This document shows, piece after piece, positions 51,028 through 63,571 of a DNA stretch of 64,000 bases (position 1 is the first letter of the stretch; the number at the start of each line of letters is the position of its first letter). Origin of the DNA: Naegleria gruberi (Eukaryota). The position numbers and the translations under genes were made by a program. The DNA is taken from the NCBI GenBank assembly GCA_000004985.1, contig GG738924.1; one strand, written 5' to 3'. The notes below the pieces were generated by a model. It searched no databases. It saw only the letters and a list, made by a program, of their open reading frames with translations, and was not told where the DNA came from.

Positions 51028-52716
51028 ATGCAACAACAAGAAGTGACAATGAACCTCTCACTCCTTGATGAAAATCTTCTCGGATCTATATTTTCCTTTG
51101 TTCCTATCAATAGATTGGCACTCCTATCACAATCTCGATTAGATTTAGTCTGCAAGAATTTCTACCATTTTCTCCATTTCAAAATTAATTTCTGGCAAAG
51201 AATTTATGGAAGGGAAGTTGATGAAACCAGTTCACAAACCAATCAATCGTACAAGCATACTGTACATTATGTTTTGGAGGAGAAGGAAGCACATGATACA
51301 AAGATTTCAGATGATGAGGAAGGTGATGAGAATTTGATTGATAGCAGTCAATTTTTGTACAGACCTGAACAATATAGTGAGGAAGATAAAAGACAAACTG
51401 ATGTTTTCAGGTGGATGTTGGTTCATTTGATACAGTCGAAGGATAGATTGAGTGTGGGAGGTAATGCTGTGAAGGAGAATTTTCAAGTTGTCTCTTCAAT
51501 CATGACTGAGAGTATTCATTCAAATACTTGCTTTGCCATTTGTAATGTATTTAATAGACATACAGAGTTGATTGCTTCTGGAACTCGTGATGGATTGATT
51601 CATATCTATACTCGAGATTATGGAAAGGAATTTTCTGAGAGATATAACCTTATCAAGAATGATGATGAATACATGCAGGAATCTGACTCTGATTACAAAT
51701 TCAGTCTCAGAGTTAAAAGTGCACACAATGATGAAATTACATGCATGAAATTCTTGAATTCTCAATACTTTACCAAGAGGTCAATGCACTCTGACAATAT
51801 CAATTCTCTTATCCTCCTCACTGGCTCAAAGGATAGAACTCTCAAGATGTGGAAAATTACCTTCTCAGAATTTGAAACATTGAGCGGTAAGAGAAGTATT
51901 TCCATGAAATTAGTTGCCACTTTAGATTCCCATCAGGATTGGATTCGTGACATTACTCTCATCAGTCAACATCCAACTAAGATTGTTACCACATCAAGAG
52001 ATAAGACAATCAAGATTTGGGATTTGAATAGATTGGATAAAGAAATAACTATTGATTTACCAAGTACCTTAGCATGGACTGTAGCAGATCACTTGGATAA
52101 AGGCTATCTCATTGTTGGGTTGGCGAATGGTAATTTACAATTCTATGATGTAATGGGAGGAAAGTTAATATATCAAATGAAAGCTCACTCTGACCTCATA
52201 TCTGACATTCTCTATGTTTCCAATCAGATTAATCCAGATTCTCCTAAACAATTAATTCCACTCATTATTACTATTTCCTACGACAAGTCCATCTCCATAT
52301 TTAATGCCCTTACTTTGGAGAGAGTTATACAAGTGAGTGAAGCTCATTCGACACCTCTGTTTTCTCTTGCATCGAATGGAAAGGATTGTTTCACTACATG
52401 CTCAGTTGACCAATTCGCCAAGCAATGGAAAATAGAGAGGAATGATTGTAAACTAGAGCAGCTACTTATTGGACCAGAGAAGCACAAACAGCTGGTTTCC
52501 CCAAGTCCAGTCAGCTCTATCCTCGAAATTAGCAGTATGTTTAGCACGAGAGAATGTAAAATTGTAACAAGTGGAAGCAAATCATCCAATCCAAGTGCCC
52601 AAGTGATTCATTGGAATATTTATCAGTATGGATATCAGATCAGCAATCTAAGGAAGAGAAGAGACACTACTGTTTCCCAAATGTTCTCCTCACTCCAAAG
52701 AATCAGTACTCTGTGA
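51028..52716 (+). CDS. F-box / WD40-repeat protein (562 aa)
   Basis: The N-terminal F-box reads LSLLDENLLGSIFSFVPINRLALLSQSRLDLVCKNFYHFL. It is followed by WD40-like units (LTGSKDRTLKMWKI, TTSRDKTIKIWDL, GLANGNLQFYDV). Confidence 0.65.
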   Translation: MQQQEVTMNLSLLDENLLGSIFSFVPINRLALLSQSRLDLVCKNFYHFLHFKINFWQRIYGREVDETSSQTNQSYKHTVHYVLEEKEAHDTKISDDEEGDENLIDSSQFLYRPEQYSEEDKRQTDVFRWMLVHLIQSKDRLSVGGNAVKENFQVVSSIMTESIHSNTCFAICNVFNRHTELIASGTRDGLIHIYTRDYGKEFSERYNLIKNDDEYMQESDSDYKFSLRVKSAHNDEITCMKFLNSQYFTKRSMHSDNINSLILLTGSKDRTLKMWKITFSEFETLSGKRSISMKLVATLDSHQDWIRDITLISQHPTKIVTTSRDKTIKIWDLNRLDKEITIDLPSTLAWTVADHLDKGYLIVGLANGNLQFYDVMGGKLIYQMKAHSDLISDILYVSNQINPDSPKQLIPLIITISYDKSISIFNALTLERVIQVSEAHSTPLFSLASNGKDCFTTCSVDQFAKQWKIERNDCKLEQLLIGPEKHKQLVSPSPVSSILEISSMFSTRECKIVTSGSKSSNPSAQVIHWNIYQYGYQISNLRKRRDTTVSQMFSSLQRISTL

Positions 52717-53536
52717 TGAAGCTATTGGAAGTAATTCCTTCAGATATCATGTTGAGAAACTTTACCATCAGCGCTAATCGAGTGATTTGTATTGCTGATT
52801 TTGTGCCACATGCCTCGAGAGAGACTATGAGAGAAAACTTCTTAACTCAAAAGAGAGCTGCTATTTGTATGTGGACTCTCTAATCTGTTGTTGAATTAAA
52901 TATTTAATTTCTTCTTGTTTCTATTGTAAGCTTAATTATATTGTAAGAACCCTATTAAGAAACAAAAAAATGTAAAAGCAGTAAATTATTAAATATTAAT
53001 TGATAATCTCTATCTGTGCTTCAATTTTCGTATGTAAGGATAGGGAAGAAAGAGAATGGAATACCTTGATGATAAATATTCTCTTGATAACACCATCGAA
53101 TGGGAAAAGGTAGTGCGAAGTACTATCTAGATAGATTACTGGTTATTACAATATGGTCAATTAGGTTGTTAGTAATTGCAAATAAATATTATATTAATTA
53201 TGAACACAATCTACAACAAGCCTTTCCAATTAGCATAGTACTGTTGTTGTTGGTGTAATTGTTATTGGATTTTATCATCTTCATCTTCAAGCCATATGTG
53301 AAGTTGGTGAAAAAACGTTGTGAGTGAATAGAAAAAAAATAAAAAACTACATTGCATTTTTTAATCAAAAAAAATATCAAGTCTTGTTGGCTACTCACTC
53401 TATTGTTTTTTTGTTGTGAACAATTCTTGATTTTTGTACAAAGATTGATACACTAGACTACTCTACTACTACCTCTACAACTATAATAGTTGTATACAAA
53501 CTACTTTATATAATTTATTAACTAATTTATAGGAAA

Positions 53537-56500
53537 ATGATGGACGATAATAATCCTAACATGGATGATATGGAATACGAAGATGATGAACAAATGGACT
53601 ATGAAGACAATAACCAATACGCTGGTATTTCTATGGAAGATGATCAACAAAACTTCAACTTTAACGAAGCTGATGAACTGAAAGTACAAGAAGATGTCTG
53701 GCCAGTCATTACAGCCTTCTTTGATCAAAAAGGAGGTCTCGTAAGACAGCAATTGGACTCTTTTAACGTATTTATTCAACAAACTATTCAAGAACTTGTC
53801 GAAGGTACATCAGAAATTATGCTCTCCAGTAGTGCTTCATACAAAGTTGGCCAAAAGAGAGACCAACAACAAAATCAACCACAATTCAAGTATAATATCA
53901 AGTTTGGACAAATCTATTTATCTAGACCAACAGTAGATACCAAGTCTGAACAAATTGAAGCTTACTCCTCCGTATATCCTAATGATGCTCGTCTGAGAAA
54001 TCTTACCTATTCAAGTCCACTCTATGTAGACATTCACGAAAAGAAGATTACTCTCAGGCCCGGATCAACAGCAAACATTTATACAGCCCAAGTTGGTGAA
54101 GAAGATACAGATGACTTTATTGTGCAAAGCAAAATCCATAATCAAATTCCACTCGGTTCTATTCCTATCATGCTTCGTTCTGTCTATTGTATGTTGAGTG
54201 AAGTGCAGGATGTTACCGATGTTGGTGAATGTCCATTCGACTCTGGTGGTTACTTTATTATTAATGGTGGTGAAAAAGTTATTATTGCTCAAGAACGTAT
54301 GGCCACTAACCATGTATATGTTTTCAAAAAGGCAATGAGTAAGTTCAGCTATGTTGCTGAAATCCGTTCTTCACAAGAAGGTGGCTACAGAGCACCAAGT
54401 GGATTTTTCATTAAAATGGAACCTAAGCAAGGTAATAAGAAGGGTGGTATTGGTGGATTAATTCATGCCACAATTCCATATATTAGACAAGATATCCCTA
54501 TTGTCATTTTGTTCAGAGCTTTGAGTTGTCAAGCCGATAAGGAAATTATCAAACATATTATCTATAATTTGAACGATGGTCAAATGATGGAACTTTTGCG
54601 TCCATCTTTGGAAGAAGCTGTTGCTGTTCTTTCAAACACTGTAGCTTTGGATTATATTGGTAAGAGAGGTAACACTCTTGGTGCCAGTCAAGAAAAACGT
54701 ATGAATCATGCTGAAGAAATTTTACAAAAGGAAATGCTTCCACACGTTGGTATTGGTGACACTTCATACGATCGTAAAGCTTACTTTATCGGATACATGG
54801 TCCATCGTTTATTATTGGGTGCTCTAGGTAGAAGACCATTAGATGATCGTGATCACTATGGTAACAAGCGTTTGGAATTGGCTGGTGGTTTGTTGCAAGG
54901 TTTATTCTTACAATTATTCAAGAAGGTTGTTAAGGAAATGGAATCAACATTGAAAAAGTCAATTTTGAAATCATCAGAAATTGATGTTGCTCCAGCTGTC
55001 AATAAGAGAACTATTACCAAGGGTCTCCAATATTCACTTGCCACAGGTAACTGGGGTGTCCAAGGTTCTAGAGATATTCGTGCTGGTGTTGCTCAAGTGT
55101 TGAATCGTTTGACATATACTTCAACTTTATCTCACTTGCGTAGATTGAACACACCAATTGAAAGATCAGGTAAACAAGCTGCTCCTAGACAATTGCACAA
55201 CACTCAGTGGGGTGTTATTTGTCCAGCTGAAACTCCAGAAGGTGGTGCTTGCGGTTTGGTCAAGAACTTGGCTTTAATGTCTTATATTACTGTCGGTACT
55301 GACAAGACTCACATTTCTAAAATGTTGGACGAATTGGGTATTAACAAGTTGCACGAATTGGACGAATCTGATTTGAACAAGTACACTAAAGTTTTCCTTA
55401 ATGGTATGTGGATGGGTGTTCACCACACCCCAGATGAATTGGTTAAACACTTGAGAGTCTTGAGAAGAACTGGTGCTGTCGATATGCAAGTCAGTATTGT
55501 TCGTGATGTTAGAGAAAGAGAAGTTAGAATTTGGTGTGACAGTGGTCGTTGTGCTAGACCATTATTCATTGTTGATCGTGATCATGATACATTATTCATT
55601 AAGAATCAACATGTTCAAGCTCTTCGTGAAAATACCATGAACTGGGACAATTTATTAGAACAAGGTCTTGTTGAATTGATTGATACTGAAGAAGAAGAAT
55701 CAATCATGATTGCTATGGACTTTAGAGAACTTGTAGAAAAGAGATCATCTGCCAATGAAGGCAAATCTAGGAAGGGTGGTAGTAGGCAACCATATACACA
55801 CGCAGAAATTCACCCTAGTATGATTCTTGGTATTCTTGGTTCAATTATTCCATTCCCTGATCACAACCAATCTCCTCGTAACACTTACCAATCTGCGATG
55901 GGTAAGCAGGCTATGGGTGTCTATATTACAAACTTCCAACAACGTATGGATACTCTTGCCCACGTTTTGTACTATCCTCAAAGACCTCTTGTTACAACTC
56001 AACCTATGGAATATTTACGTTTTGGTGAACTTCCTGCTGGTCAAAATGCTGTTGTCGCCATTGCTTGTTACTCTGGTTACAACCAAGAAGACTCTGTCAT
56101 TATGAACCAAAGTGCCATTGATCGTGGTTTGTTCCGTTCTGTATTTTATCGTACCTACAGTGATCACGAAAGAAAGAAGGGTAACTTTTTATTGGAAAAC
56201 TTTGAAAAACCAAAACGTGATACTACAGCTGGTATGAAGACAAGTACCTATGAAAAGCTTGAAGATGATGGTATTATTGCTCCTGGTGTTAGAGTATCTG
56301 GATCTGATATCATTATTGGTAAGACTGTTCCACTCCCAGAAGAATCAGCTAAGCAAAAGACAAGTCGTCAAACCAGACTTGATATGAGTACTCCTTTGAG
56401 AAGTAATGAAAACGGTATTGTTGATACAGTTGTTGTTACAACAGATTCTGAAGGTTTCAAATTTGTCAAGATTAAGGTTAGAGTTGTCAGAATTCCTCAA

Positions 56501-57238
56501 ATTGGTGACAAGTTCTCATCTCGTCACGGTCAAAAGGGTACTTGCGGTATTACATATAGACAAGAAGATTTACCATTCACTCGTGAAGGTATTGTTCCAG
56601 ATATTATTGTCAACCCACACGCTATTCCATCTCGTATGACAGTCGGTCAGTTGATTGAATGTTTATTGGGTAAGATCAGTTCCTTGTCTGGTAACGAAGG
56701 TGATGCTACACCATTCACTGATGCAAACGTTAACTATTTCTCTGAAATGTTGCACTCATTGGGTTATCAAAAACGTGCCAATGAAGTCATGTTCAATGGT
56801 CACACTGGTAGAAAATTGGAAGCTCAAATCTTTATTGGTCCAACTTATTACCAACGTTTGAAGCACATGGTCGACGATAAGATTCACTCTCGTGCAAGAG
56901 GTCCATTACAAAACTTGACAAGACAACCTGTAGAAGGTCGTGCTAGAGATGGTGGTTTGCGTTTCGGTGAAATGGAACGTGATTGTATGATTTCCCATGG
57001 TTCTGCTGCTTGGCTTAAAGAACGTTTGTTCCAAGTTTCTGACGAATACCGAGTTCACATTTGTAATGTTTGTGGTATGATGGCAACTGCTAATATCAAA
57101 CAACAACAATTCAAGTGTGATGCCTGTGATAACAAGACTAGTTTCTCTCAAGTTTTCATTCCATATGCTTTCAAGTTGATGATTCAAGAACTTATGGCTA
57201 TGAACTTGGCTGTTAGAATTATTACTGCTACTGAATAA
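53537..57238 (+). CDS. RPB2: DNA-directed RNA polymerase II second-largest subunit
   Basis: Single 1233-aa exon with many conserved RPB2 blocks: [79 protein letters not shown], and the C-terminal Cys4 zinc ribbon CNVCGMMA...CDACDNK. Confidence 0.95.
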   Translation: MMDDNNPNMDDMEYEDDEQMDYEDNNQYAGISMEDDQQNFNFNEADELKVQEDVWPVITAFFDQKGGLVRQQLDSFNVFIQQTIQELVEGTSEIMLSSSASYKVGQKRDQQQNQPQFKYNIKFGQIYLSRPTVDTKSEQIEAYSSVYPNDARLRNLTYSSPLYVDIHEKKITLRPGSTANIYTAQVGEEDTDDFIVQSKIHNQIPLGSIPIMLRSVYCMLSEVQDVTDVGECPFDSGGYFIINGGEKVIIAQERMATNHVYVFKKAMSKFSYVAEIRSSQEGGYRAPSGFFIKMEPKQGNKKGGIGGLIHATIPYIRQDIPIVILFRALSCQADKEIIKHIIYNLNDGQMMELLRPSLEEAVAVLSNTVALDYIGKRGNTLGASQEKRMNHAEEILQKEMLPHVGIGDTSYDRKAYFIGYMVHRLLLGALGRRPLDDRDHYGNKRLELAGGLLQGLFLQLFKKVVKEMESTLKKSILKSSEIDVAPAVNKRTITKGLQYSLATGNWGVQGSRDIRAGVAQVLNRLTYTSTLSHLRRLNTPIERSGKQAAPRQLHNTQWGVICPAETPEGGACGLVKNLALMSYITVGTDKTHISKMLDELGINKLHELDESDLNKYTKVFLNGMWMGVHHTPDELVKHLRVLRRTGAVDMQVSIVRDVREREVRIWCDSGRCARPLFIVDRDHDTLFIKNQHVQALRENTMNWDNLLEQGLVELIDTEEEESIMIAMDFRELVEKRSSANEGKSRKGGSRQPYTHAEIHPSMILGILGSIIPFPDHNQSPRNTYQSAMGKQAMGVYITNFQQRMDTLAHVLYYPQRPLVTTQPMEYLRFGELPAGQNAVVAIACYSGYNQEDSVIMNQSAIDRGLFRSVFYRTYSDHERKKGNFLLENFEKPKRDTTAGMKTSTYEKLEDDGIIAPGVRVSGSDIIIGKTVPLPEESAKQKTSRQTRLDMSTPLRSNENGIVDTVVVTTDSEGFKFVKIKVRVVRIPQIGDKFSSRHGQKGTCGITYRQEDLPFTREGIVPDIIVNPHAIPSRMTVGQLIECLLGKISSLSGNEGDATPFTDANVNYFSEMLHSLGYQKRANEVMFNGHTGRKLEAQIFIGPTYYQRLKHMVDDKIHSRARGPLQNLTRQPVEGRARDGGLRFGEMERDCMISHGSAAWLKERLFQVSDEYRVHICNVCGMMATANIKQQQFKCDACDNKTSFSQVFIPYAFKLMIQELMAMNLAVRIITATE

Positions 57239-57742
57239 ATATTTAATTTATTCTATTGTTAAATCTCCATCACTATAATACTTTGAATTGTAAATAAATG
57301 AAATTATAAAAATTGTTAATATTCTTATCATGTTGGATCTCGAAATTGAATGTTTCATTCGCTTATTATAACAGCGTTCGAGTTCAGTTACTAATATTAA
57401 TTCAATAAGGCTTTGCCGCAATTTCATTCCACCACTAAAAAAATATTTACAGTAAAAACAACAAACAAATCACCACCTCTCACTTCATCCGAGTTGGTGA
57501 ACAAGTGTAAATCATATTTTCAAATAGTAATAACTTTTTATCAAATAGTATTTGCGGAAATTATCAACTTGTTATAATTCCCTACTATAAGTTTTGGAGT
57601 AAGGTTGCTTGTCATATCTTCGCATTAAATTTCTAACAGAAATTCAAAACGAATAGTAGCACAACATCAAGAAGAACTACAACAACAACCACAGATCTTA
57701 ATTGTTATTTAATTATTAATTATTTTCTATTAAAATACAATA

Positions 57743-60015
57743 ATGGATGACCATCAAATATATACATCAACAAATGACAGAGATATCATCATAGAGGAGG
57801 ATGATGCTGATTCAATTCCACCAGAGAGTCCTGCACACAAGCCACCCTCCTACTCACCATCTGTCGCCTTAATTAGCTCTCCGAGCAATCAACACCATCA
57901 ACAAAATCAACCCCACTTTAAAGAAACAATGCCAACACATCAATCCTCTAATGACAATCAAGAAAAACATTCTGGCAGGAAGAATGTTTATATAGAGGAA
58001 GAATTTGAGGACTCTGATGAAGAATCGGAATTTTCAGCAAAACACGAAACATCTGCTTCAACACTCATCTCCCAAACTTCTTCATCTACTGCCAATTCGA
58101 GAACACCTCTCACTACAGCCGATTCTTCCAAATCACGATTTGGACTTAAAATTGATATTCCCTCAAATCATCATCATGATTCTTTTCCACTAGAACATCA
58201 CGATATTACCATGCATCATTTAAAATCTCAACTCTATGAAGATGAAGATTATATTGAGGAGCTGGAAAAGATTGCAACACCAAAGAGGGGAGAGGATCGT
58301 TCTCGAGGTGTTCATTTCGATCAAGCAGCCACCAATAAGGAGGAAGAAGAACTTTTTGTAAAAACACTTTCAGCTAGAAAACATTCCCATAGTCATCCTG
58401 AAAAGAAACCACTTCCAACCACGCCAAAAGGAGAGAAATCCCTTGAGGAATTAATAACACTGAGTCCAATCGGAAAAGCCAAATTTCTTCATCAGGACAC
58501 TTCACCAAAAACTAAACATTTTGTAACTGGTTCGAAAATGTTTAATGTCACAACAGAGCAATCAACTGTACCGACCCATACAAAGAATTCATCACTCTCC
58601 TATAAGAATATGAGTGGTGTAAAATTGAGCAAACTCGAGCAGATTTACCAAAACTATTCAAAACCAACGCAACTTACTCCTCATACAATTGAGGAATCTC
58701 ACATTACCGAGAAACGATTGAAGAAAATTAGATCGAGTGTTCCATTTCATTCCAATGAAATTATTAAGGCAGATGTTTTGCTAAAGGAAGATTTTACTCA
58801 TTCACCAACTAGTCCAACTTATCAGTCCTCTTGGTCTGCTTTTAAAGAGGCCAATTCATTGCCCTCTCCTCCCAGTCTTAATAATACCATGTCGAGTGTT
58901 AATACCTATCAACAGGATATGTCCTACTCAAGTCCAAAGAGTAATGGAAGTCAGAATTTATCACCCTCATCTAAGAGTGGACAACCTTTGGATTCTCCTT
59001 CACACCAATCTACGACGAGTACATTCAGAGCTTCGAGTCCAACCAACACTTCCCCTTCTAAAAACGGATCTTGGTCCAAATTTACAGGAGGTTTTTATAA
59101 TAGTCCCGTAGGTTTTTGTAATGTCTTGATGATCATCTTAACATTTTTATTCAAATTTATTTTCAATAATGACTATTATTTCAACAGAGATGTTTCAATA
59201 CAAATCACAAACACCTCAATGATCCAAACTTTTTAAGAAAGAATGCCAATGAGGAGGTTCCAGCCAAAAGAATCATGGTTGAAAGCGAGAAAGACAACCC
59301 AACTCTGCAAAAGAAAAAGGAAGAAATCAAAAGTGCACATGCTAAATGTCAAGTTCGATCATTCAGTCCAACTACACGTTCAAGAAATAATTCTCTTGAT
59401 GGCGGCTCGTTAAAATCTGTAAATAGTAGTTTAGATAGATCATCAATACTTGAAGGTCACACTCAATTCACTGCTCAAAACAATTCTCATCTTGGTGAAA
59501 CTGATCCTGATACCCTATCGATAAGGGCCCACTCTGTCATTTCACCAATGCCTCTGGACAGAAACCCTAGGAAGGAGAAGCTCACTGCAGATGACATTCA
59601 CAGGAAGCGAAACCAGAAGTTTAATGATCCAAATACTATGCATGCCCATTCCTCATTCATAACTCAATTCAGACCAAAACAAATGAAGAAAAGAAATCCT
59701 GACGAAACCGAGGAGGAAGCTAGCCAAAGAAGAATCTACGAAAATGCCACTAAAAAGGAGATTAAGGTTGAGCATTTGAGTACGAAAAAGGCAAACTTTT
59801 TCAATTTTAAAGATTTTGATAGAAGCACTATGGCTCTTGTAAATAATGCAGATCCTGCTCTAGCAAAGTTATTTGATGCAAAGAATTATCCAGCCGAGAT
59901 GCAAGCCCAAGTGGAATATTTCAAGAGACGAAGAAATATGAATAAGAATGATTACCAGAATTTCAGTCCCAATAGATCTCAAAAACAACATACGCCTTAT
60001 TTATATTACAGGTAA
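57743..60015 (+). CDS. Ser/Thr-rich hypothetical protein, two exons (57743-59107, 59188-60015). A further 29-nt micro-intron to 60041-60239 is possible.
   Basis: The first intron is 80 nt, with a GTAGGT donor at 59108 and a CAACAG acceptor ending at 59187. The phase is consistent (...YNSP|RCFNTNHKHLNDPNFLRKNANEEVPAKRIMVESEKD...). Confidence 0.45.
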
Positions 60016-60330
60016 GTAGGTGTGCAGATATGCAATTCAGAAATACATCATTTAATAGACGAAATGCCATCAAACAATATATGGAATTCAAGCATAAATT
60101 GGAATGTGTTTTGGGAGAGGAAATTGAAGATCTTCCTCACAATCTTTTCAAAGGTGATCAGAATACTTTGAATGTTTCTCTTCCTAGTATCAAACAAAAG
60201 ATGGAAGACAATCGTGCCAATACTTCCGCAATAAATTAATCCATCTTGTTTTTGAATCAAAATTTTAATAGGTGAATAAATTAGAAAAAGTGTAAATAAT
60301 GCCATTCAAATTCTCGGGAATGGCATTGAA

Positions 60331-61027
60331 TTATTTAGATTGTTTCAACAACCAATCAACAACATCTGTGATATTGGTCTTGTGAAGGGCAGAAATTGGA
60401 ATGACAGCCCAAGGATTCTTATTGTTATCAATATAATCCAAATTCAAATGTTTAACAATATCATCCTTTGTGAATCTTCGTTCAATATCAATCTTATTCA
60501 AAACAACCAACAATGGTTTACCTTCCAAACCCTTATTTTCCAACAATTTGTGTAATTCTCTTCTAGCATCAGGTACTTTATCAATATCAGCACCATCCAC
60601 AACAAATACCACCACATCACATGACTTTGTATGTTCCAACCACTGTAGATTTGATCATTCAATTAGAACTCCGAGCGGAGCTTTAAAAACTTACCAAATT
60701 TCTGAAACGCTCTTGACCTCCAAGATCCAACACTATGAAATTTCACAAACAATGTTATAACATGATGAAAATATGGAATAAGGATCAATTTGATGAATAA
60801 TGTTAACACGATCATCAAATAAACATCAAATACAAACCTTTCATTGTAACACTACCCTTCTTGACATGTCTCATATTCACACCAACAGTTGGCAAAGTAT
60901 CTCCAGGTTCGTTATCACTAATGACGTTCAACAAGGTTGTTTTACCACTATTAGCCAAACCAACCATTAAAATTTCAATTTGTTTTCCATTAAACAATTC
61001 CCACAACTTTGAAAATAGAGCACCCAT
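60331..61027 (-). CDS. ARL8: ARL8-like Arf-family small GTPase, three exons (60838-61027, 60695-60732, 60331-60642)
   Basis: Exon 1 encodes MGALFSKLWELFNGKQIEILMVGLANSGKTTLLNVISDNEPGDTLPTVGVNMRHVKKGSVTMK, followed by a GTTTGT donor, a 105-nt intron and a TCATAG acceptor. Exon 2 encodes VLDLGGQERFRNL with a GTAAGT donor and a 52-nt intron. Exon 3 encodes WLEHTKSCDVVVFVVDGADIDKVPDARRELHKLL...LVVLNKIDIE...WLLKQSK. It is collinear with ARL8A/B. Confidence 0.8.
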
Positions 61028-62144
61028 GATGTATTCTTAAAGTAGTACTATATATCTTTTGTACACTATATTAATAATAATAATAATAATAATAAATTGA
61101 TGATGATCAATTAATATTCTATAAGAAAAACTGTATCTATCTATACAAATAAAAAAACAAAATGATGATGATGATCAAACTCTTGTTACTCCTCCGAAAC
61201 AATGATGCGATCACAAAATAAAAATTGATGATGAAAAAATTAGCGCGAGAGAACACAAACGCTGTTTGCTGTTTGGAAATAAATTACGGTATTTTTTTTG
61301 GAAGAGAAAAGCGCTGATAATTTAATGCTGAAATTTTAAGAGTTTCGTTTTTTTCAAGTCAACATGGAAATTGGATGAAAGGAAGGGATTGGGAGGTGTT
61401 GAGAGGAATGTTGAAAGGTTTTGGAGTCAGTGAGCTGTAGATGGTGAATTTCTTGATTTGGAAAGACAATTAGTAGCAGAAGATTTTATGAAATTTGACT
61501 TGGGAAGAAAGGTGAGAAGGTTTCTAATAGTGTTGGAGGATATTTTCGGAGAGAAGGTGAAAATAGATTGTGAGAAGTGAGTTGTAGTATTGTGAAATAG
61601 CTCTGAATCTCATTAATTTCTAAATTTCTAATGTGAAATTTAAGAAACAAAACATTTCTATTTGAATTGAAACTATTTTACCAAATGAACAAAAAATGAA
61701 AATCAACATTAATAATAAAAAACAACTTCCCTTAATGACAACAAGTTATTAATATTCAATTCTTAATTTCTTTCCATTTAATAACTTCCTAATTGTGCTA
61801 ATCCGCGGATTTAAGAGATCTAATTTCTCCGCCTTAGATATTTTAACAATTTTACATCGACCCTTAATTTACAGTGAAAATATCTACACAAGAAAATCTT
61901 TGCAAATTAGAGTCAAAAGATGTGATACATAGCTTTGAAATATTTTTGTAAACTTTCAAAATATTGAACTCGGAAAAAAATTGGAGATGTTGGAGTAGAT
62001 CACCAATTCTCAATGTGAGTTGCTTTGGAATTAATTAAAAAAAAATCCTTAATAACATTGAGCGAGCTGATTATCTTTATTTCTTGAATAATTATTGTAA
62101 AGATTGGCGCCAAAATTAATTCCAATGAAAAAGTAAAAAAAAAA

Positions 62145-63482
62145 ATGGCAACACATGATCTTTCCTCCACCTTCTTCATTTTTCATGCAGGAAAACGATT
62201 GCAAATTAATTGCATGGTGCGTGATAATTCACTTCATCATGATGTGTATGAAATTGACAATAATTCACCACCAATATCTTCCGAAATAATTGATCATCCT
62301 AATAGGCTGGATAGTAACCAAGAAGGAAAAAGTAAAAAAAGGAAGACCGACTTGTTTTCATCCACAAATACGAAAGTAGATGAAAGTAAAAATTCCAATG
62401 TTTGGAAGAAACTTAAAATTTATAATGAAAGAAATTTCATTCCGATCGAGAGAGAATTATTGTTGAATCAGAGAGATGTTTTTCAGGAGATTATGTCTTG
62501 CTTGGATGTGGAGAGTATTGCTTTAATATTGAGAGGTGTTTGTAAAACATGGCATGATTGGATTATGGTTGATTTTAATGGTCATTGGACGAAACAATAT
62601 GAAAAGATGTGTAATTTTGAATTATTTAGTGGATGTCAATTAAGGACATGTCAAAAGTCTTTTTTATTGAACTTGTATATTTTGGAAAAGGCCAAGAGAA
62701 AGCAAGCTAATTTTACAAAATACAGACTTGATGAGTTTACTCGTGTTCGTTATGATTTATATCAAGATCCAAATTATGGAATAGTTAAAGAGATAGTCAA
62801 GCCACGATTGTTTCTTTTGGAAATTAAGAATGAGTCGAATTATTTTGGAAAGGATAGTACAAGAATTATAGAATTGACTTCAATACTTAATCTTGGAGAA
62901 CATGGTTTTGTGAAATTTTACTATTCCTTTAAGGATTTAACACCAAACAATGGTGAAAGTGAAGTTGAAATCAACATTACTCACAAGATGTTACTGAACT
63001 CTTTTGATTGGGGTAATTCGAATCCCTTACTTGAAAGTTATGAGTACGCAGGTCCTTCCAATGTAAAAAGAAATGACGAGCTAATCAAACACATCATGTC
63101 TTTGATTGGCCTTGATAGTTGTGCAATTAGAGCTTTCCTTGCTTTTGTAACGGTTGACTTGGCTTTTAAATTTATTTATCAGATGCAATACTATGAATAC
63201 CATGAAAAAATGTTTGGTTCATATGAATGTGATCACTCTACATCACAACCAGGAGGAGTACAGAAGCAGGAATTACCAATTACTCCTATTGCTCAATTTC
63301 TGTTTTCACAACAAATTCCTCAATTTCATCCAGTAACAAGTCAACCAGTTTATCAACCAACAGTGATTCATCGACCTCAATCTATGCAGTTTGTAGAACA
63401 ACTCCAACCGATTCCAACTTATTCCCAATATGTAATGCAACAAGATCCACAACAACATGTATTGACATATCCTCGAAATTGA
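62145..63482 (+). CDS. Hypothetical protein with an F-box-like motif (445 aa)
   Basis: ORF from an ATG. The segment MSCLDVESIALILRGVCKTWHDWIMVDF resembles an F-box core. The C-terminus is Q/P-rich. Confidence 0.45.
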   Translation: MATHDLSSTFFIFHAGKRLQINCMVRDNSLHHDVYEIDNNSPPISSEIIDHPNRLDSNQEGKSKKRKTDLFSSTNTKVDESKNSNVWKKLKIYNERNFIPIERELLLNQRDVFQEIMSCLDVESIALILRGVCKTWHDWIMVDFNGHWTKQYEKMCNFELFSGCQLRTCQKSFLLNLYILEKAKRKQANFTKYRLDEFTRVRYDLYQDPNYGIVKEIVKPRLFLLEIKNESNYFGKDSTRIIELTSILNLGEHGFVKFYYSFKDLTPNNGESEVEINITHKMLLNSFDWGNSNPLLESYEYAGPSNVKRNDELIKHIMSLIGLDSCAIRAFLAFVTVDLAFKFIYQMQYYEYHEKMFGSYECDHSTSQPGGVQKQELPITPIAQFLFSQQIPQFHPVTSQPVYQPTVIHRPQSMQFVEQLQPIPTYSQYVMQQDPQQHVLTYPRN

Positions 63483-63571
63483 TGTTTCTTTTTACAATTT
63501 GGTGATCTAGGCATTTTGAATAATAAGTTAAATCATTGATCAGTTTCTATCTTTAATCTATTCGAAAGGGT

